Shown piece after piece: positions 25,708-37,940 of a stretch of 64,000 bases of DNA. The stretch's first letter is position 1. Each line of letters begins with the position of its first letter. Both the position numbers and the translations under genes were made by a program. The notes under the pieces were generated by a model. That model searched no databases and was not told the origin of the DNA. It was given only the letters and a program-made list of their open reading frames with translations. This DNA is from Camelus ferus (taxonomy: Eukaryota): the NCBI RefSeq assembly GCF_009834535.1, contig NC_045696.1, positions 14,944,001-15,008,000 on the forward strand, written 5' to 3'.

Positions 25708-26284
25708 TCCTCTGGTCATCTATTGCTTTGTAACAAGTCACCCCATAAGTAAGTGGTATTAAACAAAAATAATTGTATTGTGCTTATTATAGATTGTGGG
25801 GGTCAGGACTTCACATAAGGCAGAAAGAACACAATTTTGTTTGCTCCATAATGACTGGGGCCTTAACATGGAAGACTCAGGTACCTGGGTGTGGCTCAAA
25901 CAGCTGGAGGCTAAATGATCTGGAAGTTTTTCACTCACATGTCAACTGCCTGGGTTGGGATAGTTTGAAGGCTTAGCTCAACCAAGATTCTCTACCATAG
26001 CACCCATATGTGGTCTTCCCTTGTGGGCTTCCTCCCAGCACGGCAGCTTTAATTTATTTAGATTTTTTGTATAAGGACCGCAGGCTCAAAGAGCAAATGT
26101 GTCAGTAAATAAGACTGAGCTGAATGACCTTTACCCAGCCTTGGAAGTTATACTTTGTCACTTCAGTCCTACTTTACTGGTGGAAGTTTCACAAGCCCAG
26201 CCAGATTCCAGAGGAGAAGACACAGACCTCACCTCTAGATAGGAAGCGTGTCAATTTCTAGCCATGCTGTGAAACACGTATACA
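25708..26284 (-). mobile_element. MLT1H-like MaLR solo LTR
   Basis: ATCTATTGCTTTGTAACAAGTCACCCC...TTCACTCACATGTC...CCCAGCCTTGGAAGT...CCCAGCCAGATTCC. Confidence 0.85.
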
Positions 26285-26539
26285 CTTTGTGTTCAGCACT
26301 TTTAGGAGATACCGTTTGTGAAACTGGTTAGCTGTCCAGAGCTGGAATAATATGTTATTTTATGGTGCAGTGTGTGTTCGTGTTGTCTAGTACATGAGTT
26401 AGTTTTTGTCAAAGTTGAAAACTGTTTACTTTCTCTTGACAGCTATTTGTGCAGCAAAAATAAATAGCCAGATTAGTTGATTTCCATCAGGTCACCTGGC
26501 ATGCAGGTGTCTTTGGAACTGACTACAGAGATGGAATAA

Positions 26540-26770
26540 CCATAGTAGAGTGGCTATTTCTTTGACTTCAAACTCTCTGAGTTTTGTATATCAGCTTGGA
26601 AACTTACCTGGAAAAGTTAACTTCTTTTTTCTTCAATTTCTCACCATTATGCTGGAGGCCAAATTAATACTAAACACAGGGTTTCTATTAAATTAAATTC
26701 TGTTGAATGAGATAGTATAACTAAAGGCACTTAGCATAGTGCCTTGTACCTGGGAAGAGCACAATCAATA
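26540..26770 (+). mobile_element. MIR SINE
   Basis: 3' end ATGAGATAG...AAAGGCACTTAGCATAGTGCCTTGTACCTGGGAAGAGCAC. Confidence 0.6.
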
Positions 26771-29618
26771 AGGACATTTCCTGAGCCAACAGGAATGCAA
26801 AAGGGATTCTATTAAGAAGCACAGATAAGAACCTGAATTCAGCCAACTTTGCGTATTTTCTTTTCAGATTTGCGAGAAAGGTATTTATGCAGACAAACTC
26901 CTCCTGAAAAAGAGATTTCTCACCTTAAAAGTCAATGAGACTTTTATTTGCAGCAAATCAAATTTCAATATCATTGAGAGCAAAGTCTGGACTCAGAACA
27001 TCTCAGCTACTGGCCCTATTTAAGTGTGACTTTTATAGGTTTACTTTTCATTTGCCTCTGTGGTTGTGTCTTGCCGGGCCAAATATTCTCTTGATTTGCA
27101 TTTGGTCTACAGGAATCAGTGGCCGAGTGTTTTCTTTGTAATAGTTAGAATATGGTAAAGCCTTCATTCCAAATATTCAGTTAGTTGAAGTTTACAGGAC
27201 GAATTTAGCAAATGTAGATCAGCCAAGTGCACGCCTGGTGGGCACAGGCAGAAATGACTCCACAAATAGGCTGCGTGGCTTGCCATAGGGAGCTGTCTTA
27301 TGGAACTCTAATTTTTGAAATAGTGAATCACACCTATAATAGGAAAGTGCCTTACACTATACTTTGGCATCATTAAAGTCTTTAATACCATCTGGAAAGG
27401 AAAGGAGTGAAAGGTTTCCTAGTAGGTGGCTTATAAAACTCTTAAGATATTTGGTGATCACATGTAATGTTTAAAATATTTTAGGCACTTTTGAAGGAAC
27501 TATTTGAAGCACTCCAAGTGATTACCTCTCTTAATTCACCAAGCGCTTGCAAGATTCAGTTTTTAACAAGCAAGACTTGTTTTGATTTATGAAGTGCAAA
27601 AATGGTACCTGAAAAAAAAATCTGCTTGAAAATTTGCTTCTTTTTAAAAAAAGACCTGAAAGACGATTTTTAAAAAAAATTAAATAAAATAAAACATAAA
27701 TTCTCTTGGGCTAGTATTTTACATGCCAAGTAGAGCCTGGAGCTCATTTTTATAGCTGTTTTATGAGTCTTTAAAGCAGTGATTTATAATGGAAAGAGTG
27801 ACACAATCTTAATTACAACATGATGTACCAGGTATTATAATGAGCAAAGATGTTTTCCTCAAACATGTATAGTATTTAACTTTTGCTGAAAGGCTGGTTG
27901 TGTGTTAGTTATGATTATAATTCTCCATTCTGCCTAGATTCCCATCTACAGGCTTTCTTTTCTTAATAACTATTATCATCCCTTTACTTTTCTTTTTCTT
28001 AGTGATGAAAAGGCTGAAGCGAAATATTCCTGAGAAAATGGGATTTCTAGTCTAACCACAACATAATAGTAACATACAATGAGAGGGTCCAACAGGCAAA
28101 ATTCAACAATCACACTATGACAATTGTTTTGTGGTTCTATGTTATAAGTGTCAGCTTTATCTACCAGTATTAGGCTCTGAGGTAGCATGAGCATACTCTC
28201 TAACAGCAAACATTGATCATCTAACAGAGGTTTGCAGCAGGGGGCATAAATGCTCTGAGAAGTCCTGATTTCTGAGGCACTGACCAATACAGGGGAGGGG
28301 AGGGCAGTGAAGAAAGAGACCCTGGTTCTTAAAGGGGAAGGCACATCCCTTTGTTCCATCTGCTTCTGCAGGCTCAGGACCACGGGGGCAACTGTCAAGG
28401 TGAACCATGTCACAGGGACAGTACCACAGAGCCCATGTGATATACTAGATTCTACGGTGCATAGATATCTTACCAGATAGAAAGTGATTAGTAAATAGAA
28501 AAATCTTAGTAAATAGAAAAGTGATTGCTGATGTGAATATCAGTGAAGAGGTGCTTTATTTATTGTGAAATTAGCAGTGTAAATTTCCATGAAGTATAAG
28601 TAATTAATGTCATGGTAAAGCACATACTCTGATGTGACTTTTTTTTTCTTTAAAAGAATGCTATATTTCCCATTCCTATAATTCCTAAAATAGAAGAGAT
28701 TCTATGGAGTGCTTTGGTGGGAAGATAGTACTCATTTCCTTTTGAGAATAAGCTATCAAACAGCAAGATTATGTGTAGACGATATGGTAATTCCCTCTGA
28801 GTACCATCCCGAAATATAAAATAAAAATACAGTGCACTTAACAATAACAAAATACAAACATTTAACAAGATAAAGAATATTTATATATATAAAACTTGAG
28901 CGATCGGAAGCTTATTCAGAAAAATGGTGAAAAGATCACAGATGTTTTCTTAACTCAGTTTGGAATGAAATGTTAATTGACGACAATTCTGACCTCCACA
29001 GCATGCCTCAGGTCATTCTGTAGACCATTTCCTAATTCCTTACCCACATTATTTAAATGTAGCTCAAAGCAATTATAATGGGTTGCATAACAAAAATATA
29101 AAAATATTTGTATAATACATCTTATTGTTAAAGCCACCAGCAAAACAATGGTCATATTATGGGTCGTCTGGATAAATCTGGTTTGTGATGAGAATGTCCC
29201 CTAATTTAGTCATGGCTAGAAAACTGTGGGTAAATCAAATAGCTTTCCTGAACAATCTGTAATTCAGAGTAGACTTTTAATTACTGATTAAGATCAGGGA
29301 ATTACAAAGACTAGCTCAATCATAGGAAAATTGGGGAGAAAAAAATGTCACCAATTTATTATGAACAACGTTTGGATAGTTATGGTGTGTATTTTTCCAC
29401 AGCCTTCCTCCTTACTGCTCTTCTGCATTTTCACTTCAAACACTAATATTTTGTGGTGAAGTTTTACAGTTTTTAATAATGCAGCTTAAATACCTCATAT
29501 GTGCCAATATTGGTGAGAAGTAATGGGTATACACAAATGAAAGAAAAAAAATAGGCAAAATATGTTGTCATCAAGAGCTCAGAATACACTGGCATTTCTC
29601 TCAAAACACGCTGCAATA

Positions 29619-30300
29619 TCTTTATTTACAATTGCTGGAATATAGAAGGCATCTAAGTGTCCATCGACAGATGAATGGATAAAAATATATTCTTTTTCCT
29701 ATACATACAACTTTTATTTGTAAATCCATATTTTTTAGCTTAGAGACATTTATATTCTACAGATTTTTTTTCTACCTTAACAATATTTAGACTGGCCAAA
29801 ATTCAGGGAAAATGTCCTTGGACTATAGCCACGATAAAATTTAACTTATGAAAGCACCCACATACCAAATTCCTGTGATAGGCTTCAGTGTGAAGTGTCC
29901 ATCGACAGATGAATGGATAAGGAAGATTATATATATATACATACACACACACAATGGAATACTACTCAGTCATAAAAAGAACAAAATTGTGTCATTTGTA
30001 TCAACATGGATGGACTTCGAAAGCATTTTGCTGAGTGAAATAAATCAGACAGAGAAAGACAAATACTGTGTGATATGACTTATAAGTGGAATCTAAAAAA
30101 ATAGAACAAACTAGTGAATATAACAAAAAAGAATCAGACTCACAGATACAAAAAACAAACTAGTGGTTACCAGTGGGGAAGGGGAGCAATCTGGGGATAG
30201 AGGAAGGCACAAACTACTGGGTGTAAGATAGGCTATAAGAAGGTAGGGAATATAGCCCATATTTTGTAATAACTAAGTGTACCCCTTAAAAATTATATTA
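29619..30300 (+). mobile_element. 5'-truncated cetartiodactyl-type L1 3' end with an internal 210-bp foreign insert
   Basis: ORF 29848-30078 contains KCPSTDEWI...TWMDFESILLSEINQTEKDKY (ORF2 C-terminus). 3'UTR CAGACTCACAGATAC...AACAAACTAGTGGTTACCAGTGGGGA. Imperfect TSD AAAACACGCTGCAATA (29603-29618) / AAAAATGCTGCAACA (30300-30314). Confidence 0.9.
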
Positions 30301-30459
30301 AAAATGCTGCAACAAGAGTAACAAAATATGAATCACACATAGAATTTTTAAAAAATTGATTATCAATAAACTTCCACATACTAAATATTATGTGGAATTA
30401 TTGATACCTCATCAATTTTTTGCCCTTATATTTTGACTTGTGACAATGACTCCTTTTTT

Positions 30460-30872
30460 TTCTCTCACGACCTGTGGGTTGCGTGGACTCAGACAGGCAT
30501 TCACACTTGGATTCTGTCCTGTTACTGACATCAGATGGCAGCTGGAATTAAGCTGAATGTCCAAGATAGCATCCTCACTTGGCTGACAGTTGATGTTGGC
30601 TTTGGCTGGCAGTTTAGCTCAGACTACTGGCCAGATCGTCTATGTGCTTTCTCCACTTCACATGGACTTCTCCCAGTATGACCGCTAGTTTCCAAGAACT
30701 AATATTCCAACAGACAGAGCCTACTGGAAGCTACTGGTCTCTTCAGCTATGCAGACTGGCACAGTTTCCCTCCTCTCATATTCTAGAAGGGAGATTCCCA
30801 GATTCAGTATAGGCCCATTCCTTTCAACGGGAGACATGTGAAAGGATTGGTTGCCATTGCTAAACTACAACA
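30460..30872 (-). mobile_element. MLT1G/H-like MaLR LTR
   Basis: GCTGAATGTCCAAGATAGC...CTCACTTGGCTGACAGTTGATG...CCCAGATTCA. Confidence 0.75.
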
Positions 30873-31329
30873 GCCTGAATCACACATTTTTTGTTTCCAA
30901 TTTAGAGATGCTCTAATTTGCTTCCTATTCCAACCACTGCTGTGCTGATTAGCTCCACACAGTCTCTGACTAGTTTCACACAGGCACAACCTGACAACAT
31001 CTTGCTGTGAACCTCTCATTTCCTGCCCTGGGCATTTCTGGCACTATTTTGTGGAAGGTCCATGACAACCCACACAACACGAACCCACATGTAACATGGA
31101 CGTGCAGGAGAACTGCCATACTGCAGCAAATCAGTGGGGATGGGGGTCAATAGATGACTGTTTCCACCATTCTTCTCCCCAGGCTGATAGTTCTCTGAGA
31201 TGTACCATCAGAGTGTTATGTGGGATTAAGGAACTTGTTGCTCCAAGTGGTAGTGTAATGGCCACTAAGTGCTTATAGACAAGCCAGGAAAAAAAAAAAA
31301 AAAACAAGATCACGTATCAAAAAGCGTGA

Positions 31330-31696
31330 TGCTATAGGCTGACTTGTGTCTCCCAAAATTCATAAATTGAAGCCCTAATCCTGAGTGCAACCATATTTAG
31401 AGTAAGGACGTAATTATGGTTATAGAAGTCACAAGGGTAGGCTCTTGATCCTGTACGATTAGAGTCCTTTTACTAAGAGACAACAGAAAGCTCACGCTCT
31501 CCTTCCCCCACATGGGAAGACGTAGCTGGAACAGAGACAACTACCAGCCAGGAAAAGAGCTCTCCCCAGGAATGGAATCAACTGGCACCTTGATCTTAGA
31601 CTCCCCAGCCTCCAGAACCATGAGAAAATACGTGTCTGTTGTTTAAGCCACTCAGTCCACAGCATTTTGTTGTGGCAGCTTAAGCAGACTAAAACA
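31330..31696 (+). mobile_element. MLT1A-like MaLR solo LTR
   Basis: TGCTATAGGCTGACTTGTGTCTCCCAAAATTCAT...GGCACCTTGATCTTAGACT...CCAGCCTCCAGAAC...GACTAAAACA, full length with TG...CA ends. Confidence 0.92.
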
Positions 31697-31942
31697 AATG
31701 AGTAGAAATAGTCTGCTTAAATAAATGATTTGAATAAAAGTTTTCCTTAAAACTCTCTATCTCCTATTGTAAAAAAGGATAACCCTCTAAAGTCTCTAGG
31801 TTTGTAGGATGCAATGATTCATTTCTTAAAGGATGATAGCATAAGCTGGTTTTTTTTTTTTTGAAACGGAGGATTGCAATGTGATATAGGGACTTGAAAG
31901 CAAGTCACTATCTTCTGCAGAAATAAAAAATATATATATTTT

Positions 31943-32283
31943 AAAAGGATACAAATGAATTTATTTACAAATCAGAAACAGACTCACAGACATGGAAAAC
32001 AGACTATGGTTAGAAAGGGGAAAGGGATGCAGTGGAGAGAGATAAATTAGGAGTTTGGCATTAACATATGCACATTACTGTATATAAAATACATAAACAA
32101 CAGGGACCTACTGTATTGCACAGGAAACTGAATTCAATATCTCATAATAACCTATAATGGAAAAGAAGCTGAAAAAAAATATGTATACATATACATATAT
32201 ATATATCTCTCTGAATCATTTCACTGTACACCTGAAACTAACACAACATTGTATATCATCTATTCTACAATTAAAAAAAAGAA
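31943..32283 (+). mobile_element. Cetartiodactyl-type L1 3' end with poly(A) tail
   Basis: GATACAAATGAATTTATTTACAAATCAGAAACAGACTCACAGAC...GACCTACTGTATTGCACAGG...TGTACACCTGAAACTAACACAACATTGTA, followed by an A-tail. Confidence 0.9.
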
Positions 32284-32389
32284 GTTTAAAAATATTTCAC
32301 ACTTCAAATATTTCTAAATCACTCTAAAACTGACTTGCACACAAATCTCCACATTTATCCTGTAGCACATGCTATCTGGTTTTCATTCT

Positions 32390-32680
32390 TCGCCATGACC
32401 GATGCAGTCACTGGCCATGACTCCCAGGCTCGGATATAGCGTTCCCACATTTCATCGTAAAGCAAGATAAAACGAGGAAACTGATGAGCACGTTGCAACT
32501 GTTGAAGTTCCATAAAGAAAAACTTCTTCCCTCAGTCAATAAGAAAACACTTACTTAAATAGGTTATTTCTTACTATTTTACAGCACTTCGTTGTTCTTA
32601 AAGTTTTTATACAATTGTGGGGGGAAAAAAAAAAGACTTCCCTCAGATCCCAAGTAGAGTCTCATATAATGCTGGGCATT
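32390..32680 (-). mobile_element. Degenerate old MLT1 LTR fragment
   Basis: TGGCCATGACTCCCAGGC and AGACTTCCCTCAGATCCC weakly resemble antisense MLT1K/L. Confidence 0.3.
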
Positions 32681-32764
32681 ATCAGATGACTCAAGTTTAC
32701 GCAGACGAGAAAAATAAAGGAAATCCTACAAATCCCAAATTCTCACTTCCCATCTGAGATTTCC

Positions 32765-32867
32765 TAAGGCTTAGGAAAGTAAAGTATGACTAAGTCATCA
32801 GTGCTAGTTAGTGACAGAAGCAACTTAGATATTTTAAGATTAAAACCAATACTATTTCCACTGCATC
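32765..32867 (-). mobile_element. MIR fragment
   Basis: AGGCTTAGGAAAGTAAAGTA...GCTAGTTAGTGACAGA...TTTCCACTGCATC. Confidence 0.5.
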
Positions 32868-34651
32868 GTTCATTTCTTCTCCTCCCACTGGCTAGGATTA
32901 AGTGTGTATGTATGTGTGTGTGTGTGTTTATGAAATGACTATTGAAAGAGAGCATTAGCTCTGTGGAATTCCCCTTCTGGCTTTCTCTGAGGTTCTGTCT
33001 GTGTCATTTTATCCCTTGGATACCGGAATATTAATTGGTAAGTATGATGTATATACAGCACTACTTTCTTGTATGATGCTGAAATCTTTGCTTCTAGATT
33101 TTTGTACCTTGTTTCTAAGAAGAAAAATGTGCAAAAGCGGACTCTAACACTGCTTAAATAAAACAGCATTTAATGTGCTCTAGAATTGATATGCATCTTG
33201 CAAAAATAATTTTATATTTATCCAGTAATTATAAGCAGAGTAATTTTCTCAGCACAGTTGAATCTTAGACAAATTGTTTACGTGTAAAAGTAATGAATTT
33301 GCAAGCTTATTTTTGCAACTGTCTTATTTACCCACCAAGAGTCCTATTCTGAAATAATCTAGAAAACTGTTAATTTTTCACAGCAATCCAATAAGCCGTA
33401 TTCTAAATTTAATAAAATGCTTAGATGGTGGCTTGGTGGTGGTGAGAGGCAGAAGAGTGAAGTCATTTGAGATGTTGAGAATTAACTCAAGTCTCCTGGA
33501 AGTGTCTCATCCTTACAGCTTCTCCATTAGCTGCAGAAGCTTTGATCAGGAAATCTCCAAAGCACCAGTATAACTTCATGTATATCAGACATGCGAATCC
33601 TGAACACCACAGCATGTCTCCTTTGATTCTTTATATTTTAAATTAAAAGGCTTTTTTAACATATTATTACTTTTCTCCCAACTCTAAAACTGAAGAGCTA
33701 TTACCAACACTTGTTCCACCAATCAACTATTTCATTCATTATCAATAATAATAGCTCATATCTTTCTCATTCCAGACTTTGAGTAAGGCTGCTAAAAATA
33801 CCACCACCAACAACAACAAAGAAAACAAATCAGAAAAAAATGTATATGCCAAATTTATGTCAGTGCTAGGATTCGTTGAGAATCTTTGAAAGATATTCAC
33901 AAATCTCCTTAATTAAAACCTTTAGCAGAATTAGTAGATATAATTTTCCTTTGATTATACATTATTTATCTAGTTTTCAAAGAATACATTCATAAAATAA
34001 TAAAATCCTTAAGATGTTTTAATTTGTATTTAGTATTTCATGACTTTGCCTCTTTCAAATTAAAAAAAATAAACTGTTTATAGAAAGATTTCAGATTATT
34101 GCTCATCATGCAGTTGCTAATTTTGATATGTTAAGACTTCATGTTTTAATAACATTTTACCCAAGATTAATGACAGACAATTGATAGTAGTATTTAATGT
34201 ACATTTAGATCACCTGAGAGATATTTAGCTAGGCTTCCTCCCAAGCTTTACAGCTCCCTGTTCTTCTTTGTTTCTGACGCAAACATTGTTTTACTTTATT
34301 CTCTCAGGGTCTAACATACACCTAGCAACATTTAATGGCCGCTGGGAAGATGGAGCAGAAATCAATGCTTTAAAAATTGTAAAAGTCACTGAGGAAACAA
34401 GCACTATTGGGGATAGAGTGAAAAAAACCCAAGAAAATAAATAAGAACCAAAATAACACAGCAGCCTAACTTAAAGCTGTGTCTACTGCAACTTAACAGG
34501 AGTAGAATTTTTAGAACCTAGTTGAGAAACTTCCAAGGCATACTTTGAACAGACAATAGAACATGTGAAACCATATAGTCCTTTTTCAGGAGATAACGGT
34601 GATGATAAACATCTATTCATCATCTTTCAAGCTAGAAATCAGAAATTTGGT

Positions 34652-36028
34652 TATTCATATTTTCCAGTTCTTCATAATTTAGTCTTGAAAGACTGTATGC
34701 TTCTAGGAATTGATTCACTTCTTCTAACCTGTCCAATTTGTTAGCACGCAATTGTTCATAGCAGTCTCTTATAGTCCTTTGTATTTCTGTGTTATCAGTT
34801 GTACCTTCCCCTGTTTCATTCTGCTTTTATTTGTTCAAGCGCTCTCTCTCTCTCTGTGGTCATCCATTCTTCTCCTGGGCATCTTCAATGAGCATCTTTA
34901 TGACCATTACTTTGAACTCTTTATCAAGTAAGTTACTTATCTCTGTTTAATTCAGTTTTTTCTAGAGGAGAAAATTTTATCATGTTCTTTATTTTGTAAC
35001 ATATTCTTGTTTCCTCATTTTGCATGTCTCTGTGTTTGTTTCTATGTATTAGGTGAAAAAAACAACCTCTTTCAATCTTAAAGGAGTGGTAACAGGAAGA
35101 CCTGGGGTGTGTTTGTTTGCTGTCTGTGCAGTATTCTGCGGAGGGTAGCCTGCCAAGAACTGTCTCTCTCATTGTTTCAGTGCCAAGGGGCCCAGAATTG
35201 CAAGTTCCCCTGGCCACAAGAGCCAGATGTTTATGGAGCATCTCCTGTTTGAATTGCCTGCACCCATCCAGCTTTTGTAGGACCTCAGGTGTCCAACAGG
35301 CATGGCATACCTAACAGCTGGATTTAGTGGGTCAGGGATGCAGGAAGGCACCAGGGCAAGGCAAGTGGTACTAGTAAAGTAGATGAAGATAAAGTAGAAT
35401 GCAAAAATGGTGCCTGCCAGCACCAACATTAACAAGGTGAAAGGAAAGACCCAAGATGGTGTCCACCTGGGCCTCCATCTCCAGAGAGAGTTCCAACAGA
35501 CCCCTGACCCTTTGGCAGATGCTTTAAGATTAGCCAATGAATCTCCTTCATAAATGGTCTAGGTGCCTTTTACTCTACTGCTTTTGTGCTGGGTCCTAGG
35601 GTGAGTGAGTCTGTACACAAGCCTTTTAAGATCAGGGTCTCAGTCTCCTACAGTCTTTTGGGTCTCCTGGACATAAACCCTTTTTATTTTCAAAGCCAGG
35701 CATTTTGGGGCCCCATCTCTCTGGTGCAGTTCTGAGGAGACAGGGTGCCCAATGTGAGACTCAGACTTCTTGCCCCTTCAACAGATGCTCTGTATCTGTG
35801 ACATTCCTCCTGCTTGTGGGGTGCTGGGCTGGAGGTGAAGACTTTGGCAAGACCAACTCTCCTCTCCCACCCATCTTTGTGTAACTTTTTGTATGTTTGT
35901 ATGTTTGGTTGTGGAGAAGCTGCTCAGCTAGTTTTCAGAGAGATTTATTCTGTCAGTAGCTCTAGATCTGGTATGTCCATGGGAGGAGGTGAGTTCAAGT
36001 TCTTCTTATGCCACCGTCTTAAACCCAG
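34652..36028 (-). mobile_element. L1 5' portion: 5'UTR plus start of ORF1, fused to an ORF2 fragment
   Basis: On the minus strand the 5' end reads TTAAGACGGTGGCATAAGAAGAACTTGAACTCACCTCCTCC (L1 AAGATGGCG-type start). Antisense ORF1 N-terminus at ~34860-35050 (TTTATGACCATTACTTTGAACTCTTTATC). Antisense ORF2 at 34652-34840. Confidence 0.85.
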
Positions 36029-37737
36029 ATAAACAAATTTTTTATTGGTAAATAATTATTGCATTTTTAAAGATTTATTTCTGTTTATTGATTTTGTTTA
36101 CTGATAACATAATATCAATATTAAAATGTTAAGCAACTTTACCAAAATATATTTATTCCTAATTTTTGTGTATATATATATATTTTATATACTTATATAT
36201 ACATAATTTAGAAATAATAATATATATACTCAGTGAATGACTTTGTACATTTAAAAGCCTGCGTTACTTTAGTCAAAATATTTCAGTTGTGCTCCCAATG
36301 CCAGCTGCCATTGCTTAAATTTTTTGCCAAACCCTAAAATTCAAAGTGTTTTCCAACTAGCCCTTTGTGTATTGGTTAGTTCCAGTTTTCTGTTTCCAGT
36401 CTCATCTTCTTCCTCGCTTTCTTTCTTCAAGCGAAAAATTTTTCTCATAATCCTCAAAGCTATTTTTGTTTCCAGCCCATCTCCATTGACTGTTCATTTC
36501 CCTTTCGTGCACACAATTAAGCTATCTAGTTCGCAATACTGAGGTTTTCTAAGATTAGGTACACTGTGCCAAATGGAAAGAAATAAAAAATTCTCCAGAA
36601 GTAAGTCATTTCTGTCTTGGTAATAGCTATCAGGCATACTATATATCTGTATAGCTTATTATATTTTACACCTCAAAATATGTGGAATTCATACACATTC
36701 AGTATTAGAATGAGAATTAATGAGTCAATGATTCCGCAAAAGGCTCCACAACAGTGGTTCAAGTTTTTCTTTTACAATAAGTTTCTGACCTTAGTTGGGG
36801 AAGGTAGGAACAAAAAATAAGTCACTAGGTCACCTTCTAGTTTTAAACAGCATAATCAGAATGGATAGGGAGTCAGTCTTTGAACTTGTGCTTTCCCACT
36901 TGGGAAAGACTTAAACTTACAATATTTCTCCCTCAGTGTCAAATCCATTTGTTTATTTTGGGAAGAAAACACTTCCCTGCCTCTGAGTTTCACCCCAGAA
37001 TCCCTTTGGAAAATGATTGGATCAAGATGATGCATTCTTGGTAAATAAAGCAGAGTCCATAGCTAGCATACTTGGGGTTTGGTTTACATCCAAGTTTCAA
37101 TAGCTGGCTCTTAAGGTAAGTTCAGAGGCTTGGTCTTTTTGATGGCTAAAGGCAAAGTGTTATGCATAGCTGGCTAATAATTTTGTGTGTAGGTGGTTCT
37201 AACTAGAGTTGGCACTAATTGGCAGGAAGGAAGGGATTCCAGAAATTAAAGGGGTTTTATTCATGGAGAACAGTTATAAAAAGAACACAGTTTTCAGTAC
37301 TTTCAAATGATACTCCTTAAACATCTCTATAGTAAAGAGTCTAGCAGGTGGTCACAAATTAACAAAATTACGTTTAATGAATGAGAGTGACTAGAACATG
37401 TTTAACGTCACTGTTGTTACCTCCATGTGGCATCATTTCAAGGAATGAAAAATATGTCCTTAGGGTTTTGATGTTCAGTTTCACTGAATATTTTTTTACC
37501 TTTCTTTTAATATATGCCTCTTTGACTCTTTTCCTATTTCTAAACCCCAAATGGGTTTCCCACATGGATACTGTTTCCAGCAACAAAAGTGGTTCTATTA
37601 ATGAATCAAAAATAAAATGACTGATTCCTATGCCAGCTGATGGGGAAGAGGGCAGATCTCTCCGAATAGAGGGGCCAGACATACTCCCCTTAAACTTATA
37701 CTCTTATGTTATATATGTATATATATATATTTTTTTT

Positions 37738-37940
37738 TTGAGCACCTACTCAATGCCAGAGTGGTAAGTGCTCTAAAAGCATTCACATATTTTGTCTTCT
37801 AGAAACTCAGTGAAGTAACTACTACAAATTTACAGCTGAAGAAATTGGAGCTTAGAGGTGTTAAGTCATATCCCTCAAGTTACAGTGCTGAAAAGTGTAG
37901 AAGTGGGGCTCTGATGTCAAAACCTATCATTTATGCTGCA
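37738..37940 (-). mobile_element. MIR SINE
   Basis: TTGAGCACCTACT...TTTACAGCTGAAGAAATTGGAGCTTAGAGGTGTTAAGTCA. Confidence 0.8.

Noticed and set aside
27976..28413. 145-aa minus-strand ORF
   Set aside because: No recognisable homology or exon context.
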